From a virus: DNA of 64,000 bases. The stretch spans positions 16,500-80,499 of the IMG/VR virus record IMGVR_UViG_3300037119_005106; one strand, written 5' to 3'. The notes under the pieces are model-generated. The model was not told the DNA's origin and searched no databases. It saw nothing but the letters and a program-made list of their open reading frames with translations. The translations under genes were made by a program, and so were the position numbers. Positions 36,493 to 46,577 of this stretch are shown piece after piece (within the stretch, counting starts at the first letter, position 1; each line of letters starts with the position of its first letter).

Positions 36493-39055
36493 ATCAGGAC
36501 CAGCTGGCGAACAAGCACTAATGGAATTTGATTGTGAAGATACTATTACTCAAGAAGAAAATAGTAACGAATTCTTATACGCTGATATCGACAACATTCG
36601 TAAAATGTTACCTATACTTTATCCTGGACAACACGACAACATACTCTTCGCAGAACAAAGATTTCTAGAAGGTAAAGGAGTAATGTTTACTGACGGGACT
36701 GGAACGGGAAAAACTTTTACAGGATGTGGAATCATTTATAGATTCTTTTATCAAGATAAAAGAAATATCCTCATCATCGTTCCAACCGATCAGAAATGTA
36801 TTGATTGGATAGAAGAAGCACAAAAGTTAGATTTAAGCATGTACCAATTAATAGGCATTCAAGATGCTGGACATGATATAACCGTAACCACTTATGCTAA
36901 CTTTTATCAAAACAATGCATTAAACAAACGCGCTTGGGATTTAGTAATCTACGATGAATCCCACTACCTCTGCCAAAACCAACAAGGAATACAGACTAGC
37001 TATTTTGAACAACACAAAAGCATAGTCAATCTACCATCATCAGCAAGGGATAAAGCCAAGGAGCTTAACAAATTCCTAAAACCTGAATGGGACGGAAGCA
37101 GAGAATATTATCAAAAGCTAGAGCATTACGAAGATGCTATTCATAGAGCAGTAGAGAAACTAGTTCTAAGAACAAAGGTTGTATTCCTATCAGCAACGCC
37201 ATTTGCTTATCATAAATCGATTAAATATGCAGATGGCACACTAATAGACATCGAAGAACAAATCGTTGTTAGAAACAAAGCTACAGGCGCTTACAATGAA
37301 GCACCACCATTCGGAGATTTTCTAATAGAGAATTTCGGTTACCAAATGAAATATAACAAGGTCACTATCCCAGAAAGCGGAGTGGATGTTAATCTTATGG
37401 AACGCGAATTCTTTGAGAAGATGAAGAAGAATGGTATTATCAGCACACGTATGCTTGAACTAAAGCACGATTATTCAAGAGATTTTGTAACCATAGATTC
37501 AGAAATTGGAGATAGAATCAACGAAGGAATGGAATTATTCTATGAAGAATCATTCAAGAAAACATTCCCAACACTAGCAGAAAAGTTTAGTAAAAAATAC
37601 AATTACATGTATGTAAACCAACTGCTAGAATGTATCAAAGCCAAAGAGATTCATACTCGTATTCAACAGCATTTAGATTTAGGCAGAAAGGTAGTTATCT
37701 TTCACAGCTACAATCATGCTGCAGTAGAGCATCCCTTTCATTTTGATCCATACAAATTGATTGAAGCCAAGCAAGAATACATTCTTCCAAGATTGGAACG
37801 AGAAATAAAACTATTTGAGAAACTATATCCGGAGTATTACAATCTGGATTTATCTCATCTAGAAAATACTCGTGATGCTATACTTCGACACTTTCCTGAA
37901 ACCAAACAATTCAATGGTACCATTAGCAAAAAACTAAGAAGTCAATATCTTAAAGATTTCAACAGCGATCATGGTAATACCAATATTTTGTTGGTTCAAC
38001 AAAAAGCGGGTAAAGAAGGTATCAGTTTGCATGATAGAACTGGAAACTTCCAAAGAGTTCTTATGCAATTAGGACTACCAACAGAACCTACTTCTTGTAT
38101 TCAAATCGAAGGCAGAACGTACAGGGATGGAGTTAAGAGCAATGCTCCTTATGAATACATGACTCTTCAAACCACCTTTGAACGTATTGCTTTTGGTACA
38201 AAAATAGCGGAGCGTTCCCGAACAGCCGAGAATCTAGCAATGGGAAATCTAGCTAGAGATTTAGAAACTTCATTCAAAGAAGGATATCTAAACTCTAGTT
38301 ACAAACCACCATCAATAGAACAAGGAATAGGCGGTAAGCAAATGGATAAATTCAATAACAATACTACCAAGTTTGACAAAGCCATTTCATACTACTTCTC
38401 CAGAGCCAAAAGGAATTCTAAAAACAAAGCTAAAGAAGGTGGCGATTACTACGCTACTCCCGAACCGTTAGGGTTAAAAATGGTAGAGTGGTTAAACCCA
38501 CAACCTGACGAGAATGGATTAGAACCAAGTGCTGGACATGGTGCAATAGCAAGATGGTTCCCAGGCTTTACCAACAATCATTTTGTTGAAGAGAATATCA
38601 ATCTAACTGGAGAACTCTGTATCAATTCCATTGGACAAGTTCGTATAGGTAAGTTCGAAGACCATAGCAGTATTAACAAATACAATTTCATAGCGATGAA
38701 TCCACCATTTGGAACATCAGGAAAAACAGCTATGGAACATTTGCAAAAAGCATTAGTAAGACATAGTGATCGATACGACACAAGGCTAATAGCAATTATA
38801 CCCGCTGGACCATCAATGGATAAACGATTGGAAATGTTTCTCAACTCGGAGAAAGGAAAAGACTTTTATGTGAGAACACAAATAAGACTTCCATCATGTA
38901 CTTTCGAAAGAGCCGGAACATCGGTATCAACTAAGATTTTAGAAATCAGAAAAATGAGTTATATTAATAATCGACCTCAAACGAACTATATAGACTTGTC
39001 TTATATTCAAACCATTAAGGACTTTTTCGAGGAAATCAGAGATTTAAAAATATAA
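36470..39055 (+). CDS. SF2 (strawberry-notch-type) helicase fused to C-terminal N6-adenine methyltransferase, DarB-like
   Basis: DGTGTGKT, DESH, SAT, AGKEGISLH and QIEGRTYR; then YYATPEP, LEPSAGHG and MNPPFG. Confidence 0.85.
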   Translation: MRISIQNKSGPAGEQALMEFDCEDTITQEENSNEFLYADIDNIRKMLPILYPGQHDNILFAEQRFLEGKGVMFTDGTGTGKTFTGCGIIYRFFYQDKRNILIIVPTDQKCIDWIEEAQKLDLSMYQLIGIQDAGHDITVTTYANFYQNNALNKRAWDLVIYDESHYLCQNQQGIQTSYFEQHKSIVNLPSSARDKAKELNKFLKPEWDGSREYYQKLEHYEDAIHRAVEKLVLRTKVVFLSATPFAYHKSIKYADGTLIDIEEQIVVRNKATGAYNEAPPFGDFLIENFGYQMKYNKVTIPESGVDVNLMEREFFEKMKKNGIISTRMLELKHDYSRDFVTIDSEIGDRINEGMELFYEESFKKTFPTLAEKFSKKYNYMYVNQLLECIKAKEIHTRIQQHLDLGRKVVIFHSYNHAAVEHPFHFDPYKLIEAKQEYILPRLEREIKLFEKLYPEYYNLDLSHLENTRDAILRHFPETKQFNGTISKKLRSQYLKDFNSDHGNTNILLVQQKAGKEGISLHDRTGNFQRVLMQLGLPTEPTSCIQIEGRTYRDGVKSNAPYEYMTLQTTFERIAFGTKIAERSRTAENLAMGNLARDLETSFKEGYLNSSYKPPSIEQGIGGKQMDKFNNNTTKFDKAISYYFSRAKRNSKNKAKEGGDYYATPEPLGLKMVEWLNPQPDENGLEPSAGHGAIARWFPGFTNNHFVEENINLTGELCINSIGQVRIGKFEDHSSINKYNFIAMNPPFGTSGKTAMEHLQKALVRHSDRYDTRLIAIIPAGPSMDKRLEMFLNSEKGKDFYVRTQIRLPSCTFERAGTSVSTKILEIRKMSYINNRPQTNYIDLSYIQTIKDFFEEIRDLKI

Positions 39056-39105
39056 ATTATTCATACCTTTGAAATTCAATTAGTATAAATCTAAAATCAA
39101 ACGCT

Positions 39106-39531
39106 ATGCCGGATCCTAAAAACACTGTTCCTGCTCACTCAAGAAAAGGAATATTAACCCAATCCAATTTAGATGATATAACCAAAACATCTGAAGAAAA
39201 CACCAAGAGAAGAGGTGTAGAAGCTATGGCTTCAAAAGACAGCATTGTTGCTTCCAACAAAGCAAAGCTATTTGGTAAACCTAAAGACCAACAAGGTACT
39301 GAAGGGAATCAAGCAGCCAATAGAACTAGAGTTGCTGGAGGTAATCCAAAAGTAATTCAATCTAAAAGCGTTACCAATAACGCAAGGATTGAAGGCGACA
39401 ACTACACTTCTAAACCAGTAAAAGCAACACTGTCTTACAACAGAGAAGCACCTCTTGAAAAAGAAATGCCAAAAGCTAAGTACAAAAGAGTAGAGCCATT
39501 GGACAATGCAAAGAAATTTGTAGGTAAGTAA
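39106..39531 (+). CDS. Lys-rich disordered protein in a stand-alone transcription unit
   Basis: TACCTTTG at ~39064-39071; terminator downstream. Confidence 0.6.
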   Translation: MPDPKNTVPAHSRKGILTQSNLDDITKTSEENTKRRGVEAMASKDSIVASNKAKLFGKPKDQQGTEGNQAANRTRVAGGNPKVIQSKSVTNNARIEGDNYTSKPVKATLSYNREAPLEKEMPKAKYKRVEPLDNAKKFVGK

Positions 39532-39556
39532 AACCTTCAACACTTAAAAACAAATT

Positions 39557-39584
39557 AAAGCCATTGATATTCAATGGCTTTTTT
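39557..39584 (+). terminator. Intrinsic terminator
   Basis: AAAGCCATTGA-TAT-TCAATGGCTTT followed by U-tract. Confidence 0.85.
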
Positions 39585-39610
39585 ATTTCAACACCCTAAA
39601 CAAAATCATC

Positions 39611-39940
39611 ATGAAAAATCTATTAGTAGTATTAGCATTCGTAGTATGTGGAACAATCAGTGCTCAATTCAAAACAGGTAAATTCTATATTCTTTATGAA
39701 AAAGAAATAAGCTTATGCAAAGAGGAAGCCAATAGTTATTGGTTCTTCTATGTTCAGAAAGACGATGGAAAAGAATTATTGGTAAACCAAGCATTCTTTG
39801 ATAAAGACTCTCGAGAGTTTTATTATAACGAAAACAAATTAGAAAAGGTAGACAGAAAATACCTTATCAAACACATGAACAGTGAAATACTACCAGTGTA
39901 TATTGATGAAGGAAATTTATATATTCCTTTGTATAAATAA
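39611..39940 (+). CDS. Exported protein
   Basis: Bacteroidota-style signal peptide MKNLLVVLAFVVCGTISA-Q. Confidence 0.6.
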   Translation: MKNLLVVLAFVVCGTISAQFKTGKFYILYEKEISLCKEEANSYWFFYVQKDDGKELLVNQAFFDKDSREFYYNENKLEKVDRKYLIKHMNSEILPVYIDEGNLYIPLYK

Positions 39941-39982
39941 AAACAAATTCAAAAATTAGTATTAACCTTAAATTCAAAATTT

Positions 39983-40216
39983 ATGACTGAATATGAATTG
40001 TATCTATTTTTTATGGGAGCATCCATAATATTATTAGCAATAGCCACATGGTTTGGTTTTATAATTTTACTGAAGGAAAAAGAGATCTCAAGATTGTTAA
40101 ATGATAATATAAAACTTATCAAAGAAACTAATAAGCTTCGAGATAAACTCATCGATAAAAACAATATTATAATCAAAAAAAATGAAGAGCTAATTGAATT
40201 TATGAAAAATAACTAA
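39983..40216 (+). CDS. TM plus coiled-coil protein
   Basis: N-terminal hydrophobic helix. Confidence 0.5.
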   Translation: MTEYELYLFFMGASIILLAIATWFGFIILLKEKEISRLLNDNIKLIKETNKLRDKLIDKNNIIIKKNEELIEFMKNN

Positions 40217-40914
40217 TGGCAAGAACTTCACCAAAAATTGATATCTACCCTTTGGAAGCGGTAGAGAAACGAATCACTTTCTATAAACAAAGAGAGTTGG
40301 AATTGAACGCAAACAAGGGCACCAAAGAAGCCTTGTTGATTAACAAAAATCTATTATCATTCTGGATAACTTATAAATCAAAAAACTATGGCACAGAAAC
40401 CGGAACTCCTATTTAAAATTAGTGAGGAAATTATTCAAAAAGAAACTAAAGCAAAAAATCCTCAGATTCTAAAAATAGAATACATCGACTACACCAGAAA
40501 TGTTTACATTTTTGAAGAACCTTGGATCCACAATCTTTCACAAATGAAGTCAGTAGACTTTACCAAAACACATGAACAATTTAAATTAAAGGAATAATGG
40601 GAACTTGTTTAACAATAGCCATTTTTATAATTGCACTCTTGCTTCGACAGTTACACTTTCAAAATAAAAAGTTAGCAGCTATCAAGTATCAAGAATACAA
40701 TTGTAAGAAGCTGGAAGAAGTTAATGATGCACACTCAAATCAAATCGATTATTATAAAAATAGAGTAAGGCATCTAACAACCATCAATTTAAAATTAGCC
40801 TTAGAATACAATCGTATTCGGGAATCAACTATTGATGTACCACTCAAATCAGGACGATTCTTTTATGTCGTTCCGGAAGGAGAAAAAATACTAATGAACT
40901 TTTCAGAAAATTAA
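40216..40914 (+). CDS. Three small coupled hypothetical ORFs (40216-40416, 40388-40597, 40597-40914)
   Basis: Overlapping stop/start junctions. Confidence 0.5.
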
Positions 40915-40943
40915 AAACAAAGTCCTGAAACAAGGCAACAAAA

Positions 40944-41957
40944 ATGAGTACACCAAAATTCGATTTAGAAGAAGTTTTGAATTTACTGCCAACAACTACT
41001 TCATTGTATTATGTAGAGTATCGTGATGATTTAGAAAATCATTTACAAGAACTCCAAGACTGCATTCACGCTAATAACTGGGAAGCTATAGAAGATCAAG
41101 TTTGTGATTGGTACAACGAACAAGTATCCGGTAACGAACTAGACTATAAAAAACAACTTCGTAAAGACTTTCAATCGAAATACGATATCTCAAAAGAACA
41201 CGCTAAAGACATTGTGGATTATTACGAAGATCATATTTATGATGAAATTCACAGCCGATGTAATGACACACCTGTAAAAGATTTGCTTCGCAACACTTGT
41301 AAAGAATCAATTTACTTTGACACTTGCTATTACATGGAAGCAGACTCTTGGAATTGGGATGCTCGTAGAGTAAAACGAGAAGTTAACGAAATCAAGAAAG
41401 TTCTCAAGATAAAAGCATCAGACAAAAGACATAATGATGCTTTGGCTATGATGATACAACAAGCTTCTTATGGCGGTCAATTGGTATTGTATTTTAGACC
41501 GTCTTGGAATGAACTTATCTCCGAAGGAGAACAAGACTTTGAAACAATATCATTCAAAAATCCAACCATTGCCATTACTAATACTTCAAATGGCTCTGGA
41601 GATAGTTGTCATTTAAGCGATATTGAAATCACTTTACCATTCGTTAGAGAGAATCTATTCATTGACAAGCTTGACAAATACAGCTACGTATATCAAGTAT
41701 GTGGCATGTGTTCAGATTGGTGTGATGGAACAGATGCTACGCTATCTATCAAAAAACGTAGAGGTAGAAAAGCCAAAGCTGGAACAAGTGACACCTATGA
41801 CATCAGACAACGTGATGCTGAATTGGATAAAGTATTCAAATCAGGTTCTTGTACTCCAGGCGATAGGGATTCTTCCAGACATCGAAATACGTTTTATCGA
41901 AACGATTACCCTTGTGGAACAAAATGTAGTGATTGTGGAACTTTTTGGATAGACTAA
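40944..41957 (+). CDS. Hypothetical protein with C-terminal Zn ribbon
   Basis: ASYGGQL, NGSG and CGTKCSDCGTFWID. Confidence 0.7.
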   Translation: MSTPKFDLEEVLNLLPTTTSLYYVEYRDDLENHLQELQDCIHANNWEAIEDQVCDWYNEQVSGNELDYKKQLRKDFQSKYDISKEHAKDIVDYYEDHIYDEIHSRCNDTPVKDLLRNTCKESIYFDTCYYMEADSWNWDARRVKREVNEIKKVLKIKASDKRHNDALAMMIQQASYGGQLVLYFRPSWNELISEGEQDFETISFKNPTIAITNTSNGSGDSCHLSDIEITLPFVRENLFIDKLDKYSYVYQVCGMCSDWCDGTDATLSIKKRRGRKAKAGTSDTYDIRQRDAELDKVFKSGSCTPGDRDSSRHRNTFYRNDYPCGTKCSDCGTFWID

Positions 41958-41959
41958 TT

Positions 41960-42579
41960 ATGAAAAATACAAGAAAAGAAATAGACAAATTCCTTGATGT
42001 TTATAGCGAGGAACAATTAAAAACCATCCTTGAAATCATGCGTACATTTGTTAATGGAGGTTGGAATAAAAGCGATATCATGGATATTGTGTACACTAAA
42101 GAAGAAAACAATAAAATTGATAGTGCATTACCTTGTGATTACGTGAAAGCTATTCAAGAAGTATATCCACAATTTAATTGGATATTCAATGTGTACAATT
42201 ATAACGAGCCAAACTCGATGGGAGCAATGGATAATATTGCAGAGAAATTTATTAAACATTTAGCAAATACACTTAATTATAATAATCTCAAAGAATAATG
42301 GAAAAACCAACATCAGAAGAATGGAAAGCAATAATGGATTACATTCAAGAAAATATTCCTTATCCAGTATTAATACCAGAACATTTGGGAGAATATATGA
42401 TTGACCACTTTACGAACTGCCTACCACCATTATTATGGAATAGCCATGCAGTACTTTGCTCAGAACCATATGATCATGATGGTGCTAGAGGATTCGCAAG
42501 ATACATCGGATTCTACAAAAACAAGGAGGGATATCATGGAGTAATAACAACAATTGATGAATTTAAAAAACTAAGCTAA
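41960..42579 (+). CDS. Two hypothetical proteins (~41960-42298, 42298-42579)
   Basis: TAATG coupling. Confidence 0.55.
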
Positions 42580-42581
42580 TC

Positions 42582-42755
42582 ATGACCAGACTCTTAACCA
42601 TATCATCCGTATTCCGTAAAAGAATGTGGATGAAGCCAACCATCAAGCCAAAGCTTACTATTCAAGGAGAATGGTTTGAAAAAGCTGGATTTAATATTGG
42701 AGATAAAATAGAACTCCAAGTAATTAACGATCAAATAATAATTCAAAAAGTATAA
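42582..42755 (+). CDS. SymE-family (AbrB-fold) protein, 57 aa
   Basis: Not in the track; manual translation ...KPKLTIQGEWFEKAGFNIGDKIELQVINDQIIIQKV. Confidence 0.75.
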   Translation: MTRLLTISSVFRKRMWMKPTIKPKLTIQGEWFEKAGFNIGDKIELQVINDQIIIQKV

Positions 42756-42757
42756 TC

Positions 42758-43153
42758 ATGACACTAGGACAAATCAAAAAACAACAAGAAGAAAAGCTAA
42801 GCCAACTCTTCAAAGACAATGGCGTATTCTTCGCATTTAGCGATGAACAATTTGCAGAAAATAAAACACCATTAGAGCCTGGAGATACATATTCTAGCTT
42901 TTATGCTGGAGGTTATCTTCCTAAAAAGAATTTCAAGCAAGCAGAAAAAGGACTAAACGATATCATGAATTGGAAGGAACAAGCCATTCAAGACAACGGA
43001 CTTCGAGAACAGCATATCTGCTACGAACTATCAAATCACGAAGCATTCTATACTTACGAAATAGAAGATACGTTAGATGCTTTAGGTGGAGATTATACAC
43101 GTGAAGAAGTGTGGGAAGTATTCAATAAAAACAAAGACAAATACGACGAATAA
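42758..43153 (+). CDS. Conserved mobile-element hypothetical protein
   Basis: FFAFSDEQF...GGY...YELSNHE pattern common in phages and plasmids. Confidence 0.65.
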   Translation: MTLGQIKKQQEEKLSQLFKDNGVFFAFSDEQFAENKTPLEPGDTYSSFYAGGYLPKKNFKQAEKGLNDIMNWKEQAIQDNGLREQHICYELSNHEAFYTYEIEDTLDALGGDYTREEVWEVFNKNKDKYDE

Positions 43154-43446
43154 TGAGAACAGTAAAATTTTTAGGATATACTTGCAACATCGAAGAAGGA
43201 CAATATTCCAACGGTAGAATAGCTTTGGAATTAGTAGATGCCAAAACAGGAGAACCAGTAGCGGTAGCCACTGTAAACATACCAAAGGAAGATATCGAGG
43301 AAGGAGAAGTAATTATAAAAGACTACTCCGAAAACGAAGGAATCTATCAAGTATTACTTGATGCAAAAATCATTGGGCCAAAAAGAAGAATAGTTAATAC
43401 GGGATGGAGCTATTCTAATGTATGTCATTACTTTAAAGAGAAATAA
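43153..43446 (+). CDS. DUF4313-like protein
   Basis: QYSNGRIALEL...GEPVAVATVN...TGW. Confidence 0.65.
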   Translation: MRTVKFLGYTCNIEEGQYSNGRIALELVDAKTGEPVAVATVNIPKEDIEEGEVIIKDYSENEGIYQVLLDAKIIGPKRRIVNTGWSYSNVCHYFKEK

Positions 43447-43448
43447 TA

Positions 43449-44009
43449 TGAAGAAGTATCAATTCACAATCATTCACGATCAAGGACAACACAAGCTATC
43501 TACTTATGCAAAGAACCTAAGTACCGCATTAAAATTAGTTATGGATGCAGAGCGTTGCCCTGAAGGTGCAATTATTAATATTAAAATCACAGATAAGTAA
43601 TGGCAACAATAACTGAAAAGAAATACAAATGCACTCAATGTGGTCATGAAGTTTTACAAAATACAAATCACTTCGGGCCAACATGGAGTTTTGGCAGAAC
43701 AAACGTTTGTCCAAAATGTCCACCTTATAAAAAATATTCAGAATTTGGTGGACAAACAATTTGGGAATGCATGGAAACGAAACCCGAAGAAGAAAAAGAA
43801 TAATTATGAATTATACTAAAAAATACACAGCCATTCAAGTAAAACAAGAAGGATGTAAAATAAAATTCTACTTTAGAAAATTTGCTAAATATTTAGCAGA
43901 TGAACCACAATCAGTATTTGATACTGAAGAAGAAGCATTAGAATCAGCATACAAAGAAAATAAATATGGAACATGGTTAATTGTTCCTATAATAAAATTT
44001 GATATTTAA
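43449..44009 (+). CDS. Three small ORFs (~43449-43600, Zn-finger 43600-43803, ~43807-44009)
   Basis: Coupled; the middle ORF has CTQC...CPKC. Confidence 0.5.
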
Positions 44010-44042
44010 TTAAACAAAGTCCTTTATAGGCAACTAGAAATT

Positions 44043-44522
44043 ATGAAAACATATAACAAATCAGCGATAATGAAAAGAGCATGGAAAATGATTAGAATAT
44101 CTTCCAGCCTTACTTGGTCAAATGCATTAACTCGTTCTTGGGAAATAGAAAAAGAAAACATCAATAGTCAACCTATTTCGCCAGCTATATTGAACAAATT
44201 CCTTAACGGGCTACGAACCTTCAACCGTTCCAGAACAACAGCAGAGAACAAGCCATTGATGGCTGGAACCCAAGAGCATTTCAAAATCCTTAATTCAAAG
44301 ATGGGTAGAAAAATAATGAAACTACCAATCGAAAGCGATTCCAAAGAAATGTTGGAAACAGGAGAACTGTTCGCTCAGGATATCATCCACCAAAGAAGAA
44401 AAGAATCCAAGCACTTTACTAAGCCAACTGCTAAGAAGAAAACAGTTTTCAGAAACAGAATTATTAATCCGGAAACTTGTGTTTCTATAAACATCGAAGA
44501 ATACATTAATGGAAACAGCTAA
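44043..44522 (+). CDS. Phage protein with N-terminal IMKRAW...ALTRSW helical motif
   Basis: Motif familiar from early phage proteins; function unknown. Confidence 0.55.
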   Translation: MKTYNKSAIMKRAWKMIRISSSLTWSNALTRSWEIEKENINSQPISPAILNKFLNGLRTFNRSRTTAENKPLMAGTQEHFKILNSKMGRKIMKLPIESDSKEMLETGELFAQDIIHQRRKESKHFTKPTAKKKTVFRNRIINPETCVSINIEEYINGNS

Positions 44523-45119
44523 CAACGCAGAACTACTAGAAGTAGGAGAAGTCAAACTGTCTAAGTCTTGGACAAATCTATATATGAAATTTAGATTTGA
44601 GAATGGGGATGAACGATGGCTATACTACTCGGAACATAAAGACAAACCTATTCCATTAAAACAAATAGAAGATTTTGTTTATCCTGAGAAATATAAGCCA
44701 GGAACAAAAATGACAGTCAATTACAAAGTCACTCAATCGCCTAACAAATCAACCAAACTGGCTATTATAAACATAGCCAATATTGGTTTTAATAACAAAT
44801 AATATATGGAAACTATAGGAATGCTAATCGGAGTTGCTGTACTAGCTGGATTAATATTTATAGTGATTGAAGTGATAAACTCAATAAATAAATAATTATG
44901 AAAAGTATTTTTCTTATTGAAAAAGGATGGATTGATCCAATGGAAAATAGAGTAGCCGATGGTTATAATCCATTTGGATATAAATTAACCGAACAAGAAG
45001 CCAGAGAATTCTGCGAATCAAAAGGATATTGGACAGATAAAGATTGCTATTCTATTGCATTTATGCCAAACAAAAGAATGGCAAAATACACATACAGAGA
45101 AATTAAATATTGTCCATAA
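44509..45119 (+). CDS. Small hypothetical ORFs (44509-44802, 29-aa TM peptide 44806-44895, 44898-45119)
   Basis: Co-directional packing. Confidence 0.5.
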
Positions 45120-45182
45120 TATTAATAAACATAAATAACTATCTTTGAAGAGTATAACTAAACCCTTTAAAACATAGAAATT

Positions 45183-45863
45183 ATGAGCGCAGTACCACAA
45201 GACAAGCTTTCTGATCACCAAGCATTCTTAATGAATATTGGTTATCTAGCAGTAATCAACGGAAGAGGTCCATTCTCTGGAATATTTCCTCAATCCGCAA
45301 TCGGACAATTCAACATTCGTGAAAACATTAAAGATGTCGCTCTTGGTGATGATGCTTTTAATGGAAATGAATGGGGTAAAGTAACCGCAATAGCTGGCGA
45401 TGCAGTAAACGGATTTACATTCACTGTAAAATACACTCACACTGTATTACCACAAGGAATAGACCATGCATCATGGAATCCAACAAGAACAAAAACATAT
45501 GCTTCTATGTTACCCGCAGCGGGAACCGTAGCTGGATTAGTAGAAAACAATGCTTGGCAGAAATTAGCAAGTATTGGAGTAATTGTTGTTCAGAATTCAA
45601 ACCCAATTCCAATTGAAGTTAAGTTAGAAAGTGCAACACCCGTAATCGTACAAGGTGGAGCAGCAACAACACTTGACTTTAGTGTAGCTGGAGTATCTGT
45701 TCAGAAACTTGTAAATGATGTAGCATCGGGAGCACCCGTTGTTGCAAATGGTTCAGGTGTTGCAGTAATTCCAAATGGAAATACTACTGGACAAAAAATT
45801 AAATTTGCTGTTTCTTCTGGCGGTAAACTAGTAGGCACATGGGGGCCTTATACCGTAGGATAA
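45183..45863 (+). CDS. Beta-rich putative virion/decoration protein in a stand-alone unit
   Basis: G/A/V/T/N-rich; TATCTTTG promoter at ~45140; terminator 45885-45917. Confidence 0.5.
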   Translation: MSAVPQDKLSDHQAFLMNIGYLAVINGRGPFSGIFPQSAIGQFNIRENIKDVALGDDAFNGNEWGKVTAIAGDAVNGFTFTVKYTHTVLPQGIDHASWNPTRTKTYASMLPAAGTVAGLVENNAWQKLASIGVIVVQNSNPIPIEVKLESATPVIVQGGAATTLDFSVAGVSVQKLVNDVASGAPVVANGSGVAVIPNGNTTGQKIKFAVSSGGKLVGTWGPYTVG

Positions 45864-45884
45864 CTTAAAAACAAATTCAATATT

Positions 45885-45922
45885 AAAAAATGCTATCATT
45901 TATATGGTAGCATTTTTCTTTT
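45885..45922 (+). terminator. Intrinsic terminator
   Basis: AAAAATGCTATCAT...ATGGTAGCATTTTT followed by U-tract; TACATTTG promoter follows at ~45930. Confidence 0.75.
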
Positions 45923-45964
45923 TTAGTTATACATTTGTACCCTACACTGTATAAATAAAACAAA

Positions 45965-46252
45965 ATGACTATAGAAGATATTGCTAAAAAAGTTTCCAAA
46001 GAAACAGGAGAACCTGCTTATAAAATAAGCATAATATTAAAATCTACTTTCGAAGTAATACGAGCAGAAATACTAAAAGCTCAGATTATTAAAATCCGAG
46101 GGCTTATGTCTTTATTTATAGACGTGCTCCCCGAAGTAAAAAGGTATGATTTAATTGCTCAAGAAGTAAAAATACTTCCAAGAAGATTTACATTAAAAGT
46201 TGTTCCAAGCAGAAGACTTAAAAAAGAAATCGATGCGAAAAAAACATACTAA
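45965..46252 (+). CDS. HU/IHF-family DNA-binding protein
   Basis: MTIEDIAKKVSKETG...IKIRGLMSL...IL.RRFTLKVVPSRRLK. Confidence 0.85.
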   Translation: MTIEDIAKKVSKETGEPAYKISIILKSTFEVIRAEILKAQIIKIRGLMSLFIDVLPEVKRYDLIAQEVKILPRRFTLKVVPSRRLKKEIDAKKTY

Positions 46253-46556
46253 GAATTCGGTTTTTGAAAAAATATATAAAGACCATGAACTACAGAACCA
46301 CATCATCAAGCACGTTGACAACAGCAAGTTTGATGAACATTGTGAACAAGTAGCCAAGAATCTTAATATAGATCCTATTGTTGTAAAAGAACTGCTATTA
46401 AACAATTCCTTCGTTGTATTATCCTTAATACAGAAGTATGTCAAAAAGAATGAAGAAATCAAGATAAATATAACAGGATTCTTCAGCTTCATTACCACCT
46501 TAATAAAATACAAAATATCCCATTTACAGAAATTGACAAAGGGAAGAACTTATTAA
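46233..46556 (+). CDS. Second, divergent HU-like protein
   Basis: EQVAKNLNID...VK.LL...KINITGFFSF. Confidence 0.5.
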   Translation: MRKKHTKNSVFEKIYKDHELQNHIIKHVDNSKFDEHCEQVAKNLNIDPIVVKELLLNNSFVVLSLIQKYVKKNEEIKINITGFFSFITTLIKYKISHLQKLTKGRTY

Positions 46557-46577
46557 ACAATCCTTAAATTTTATATC

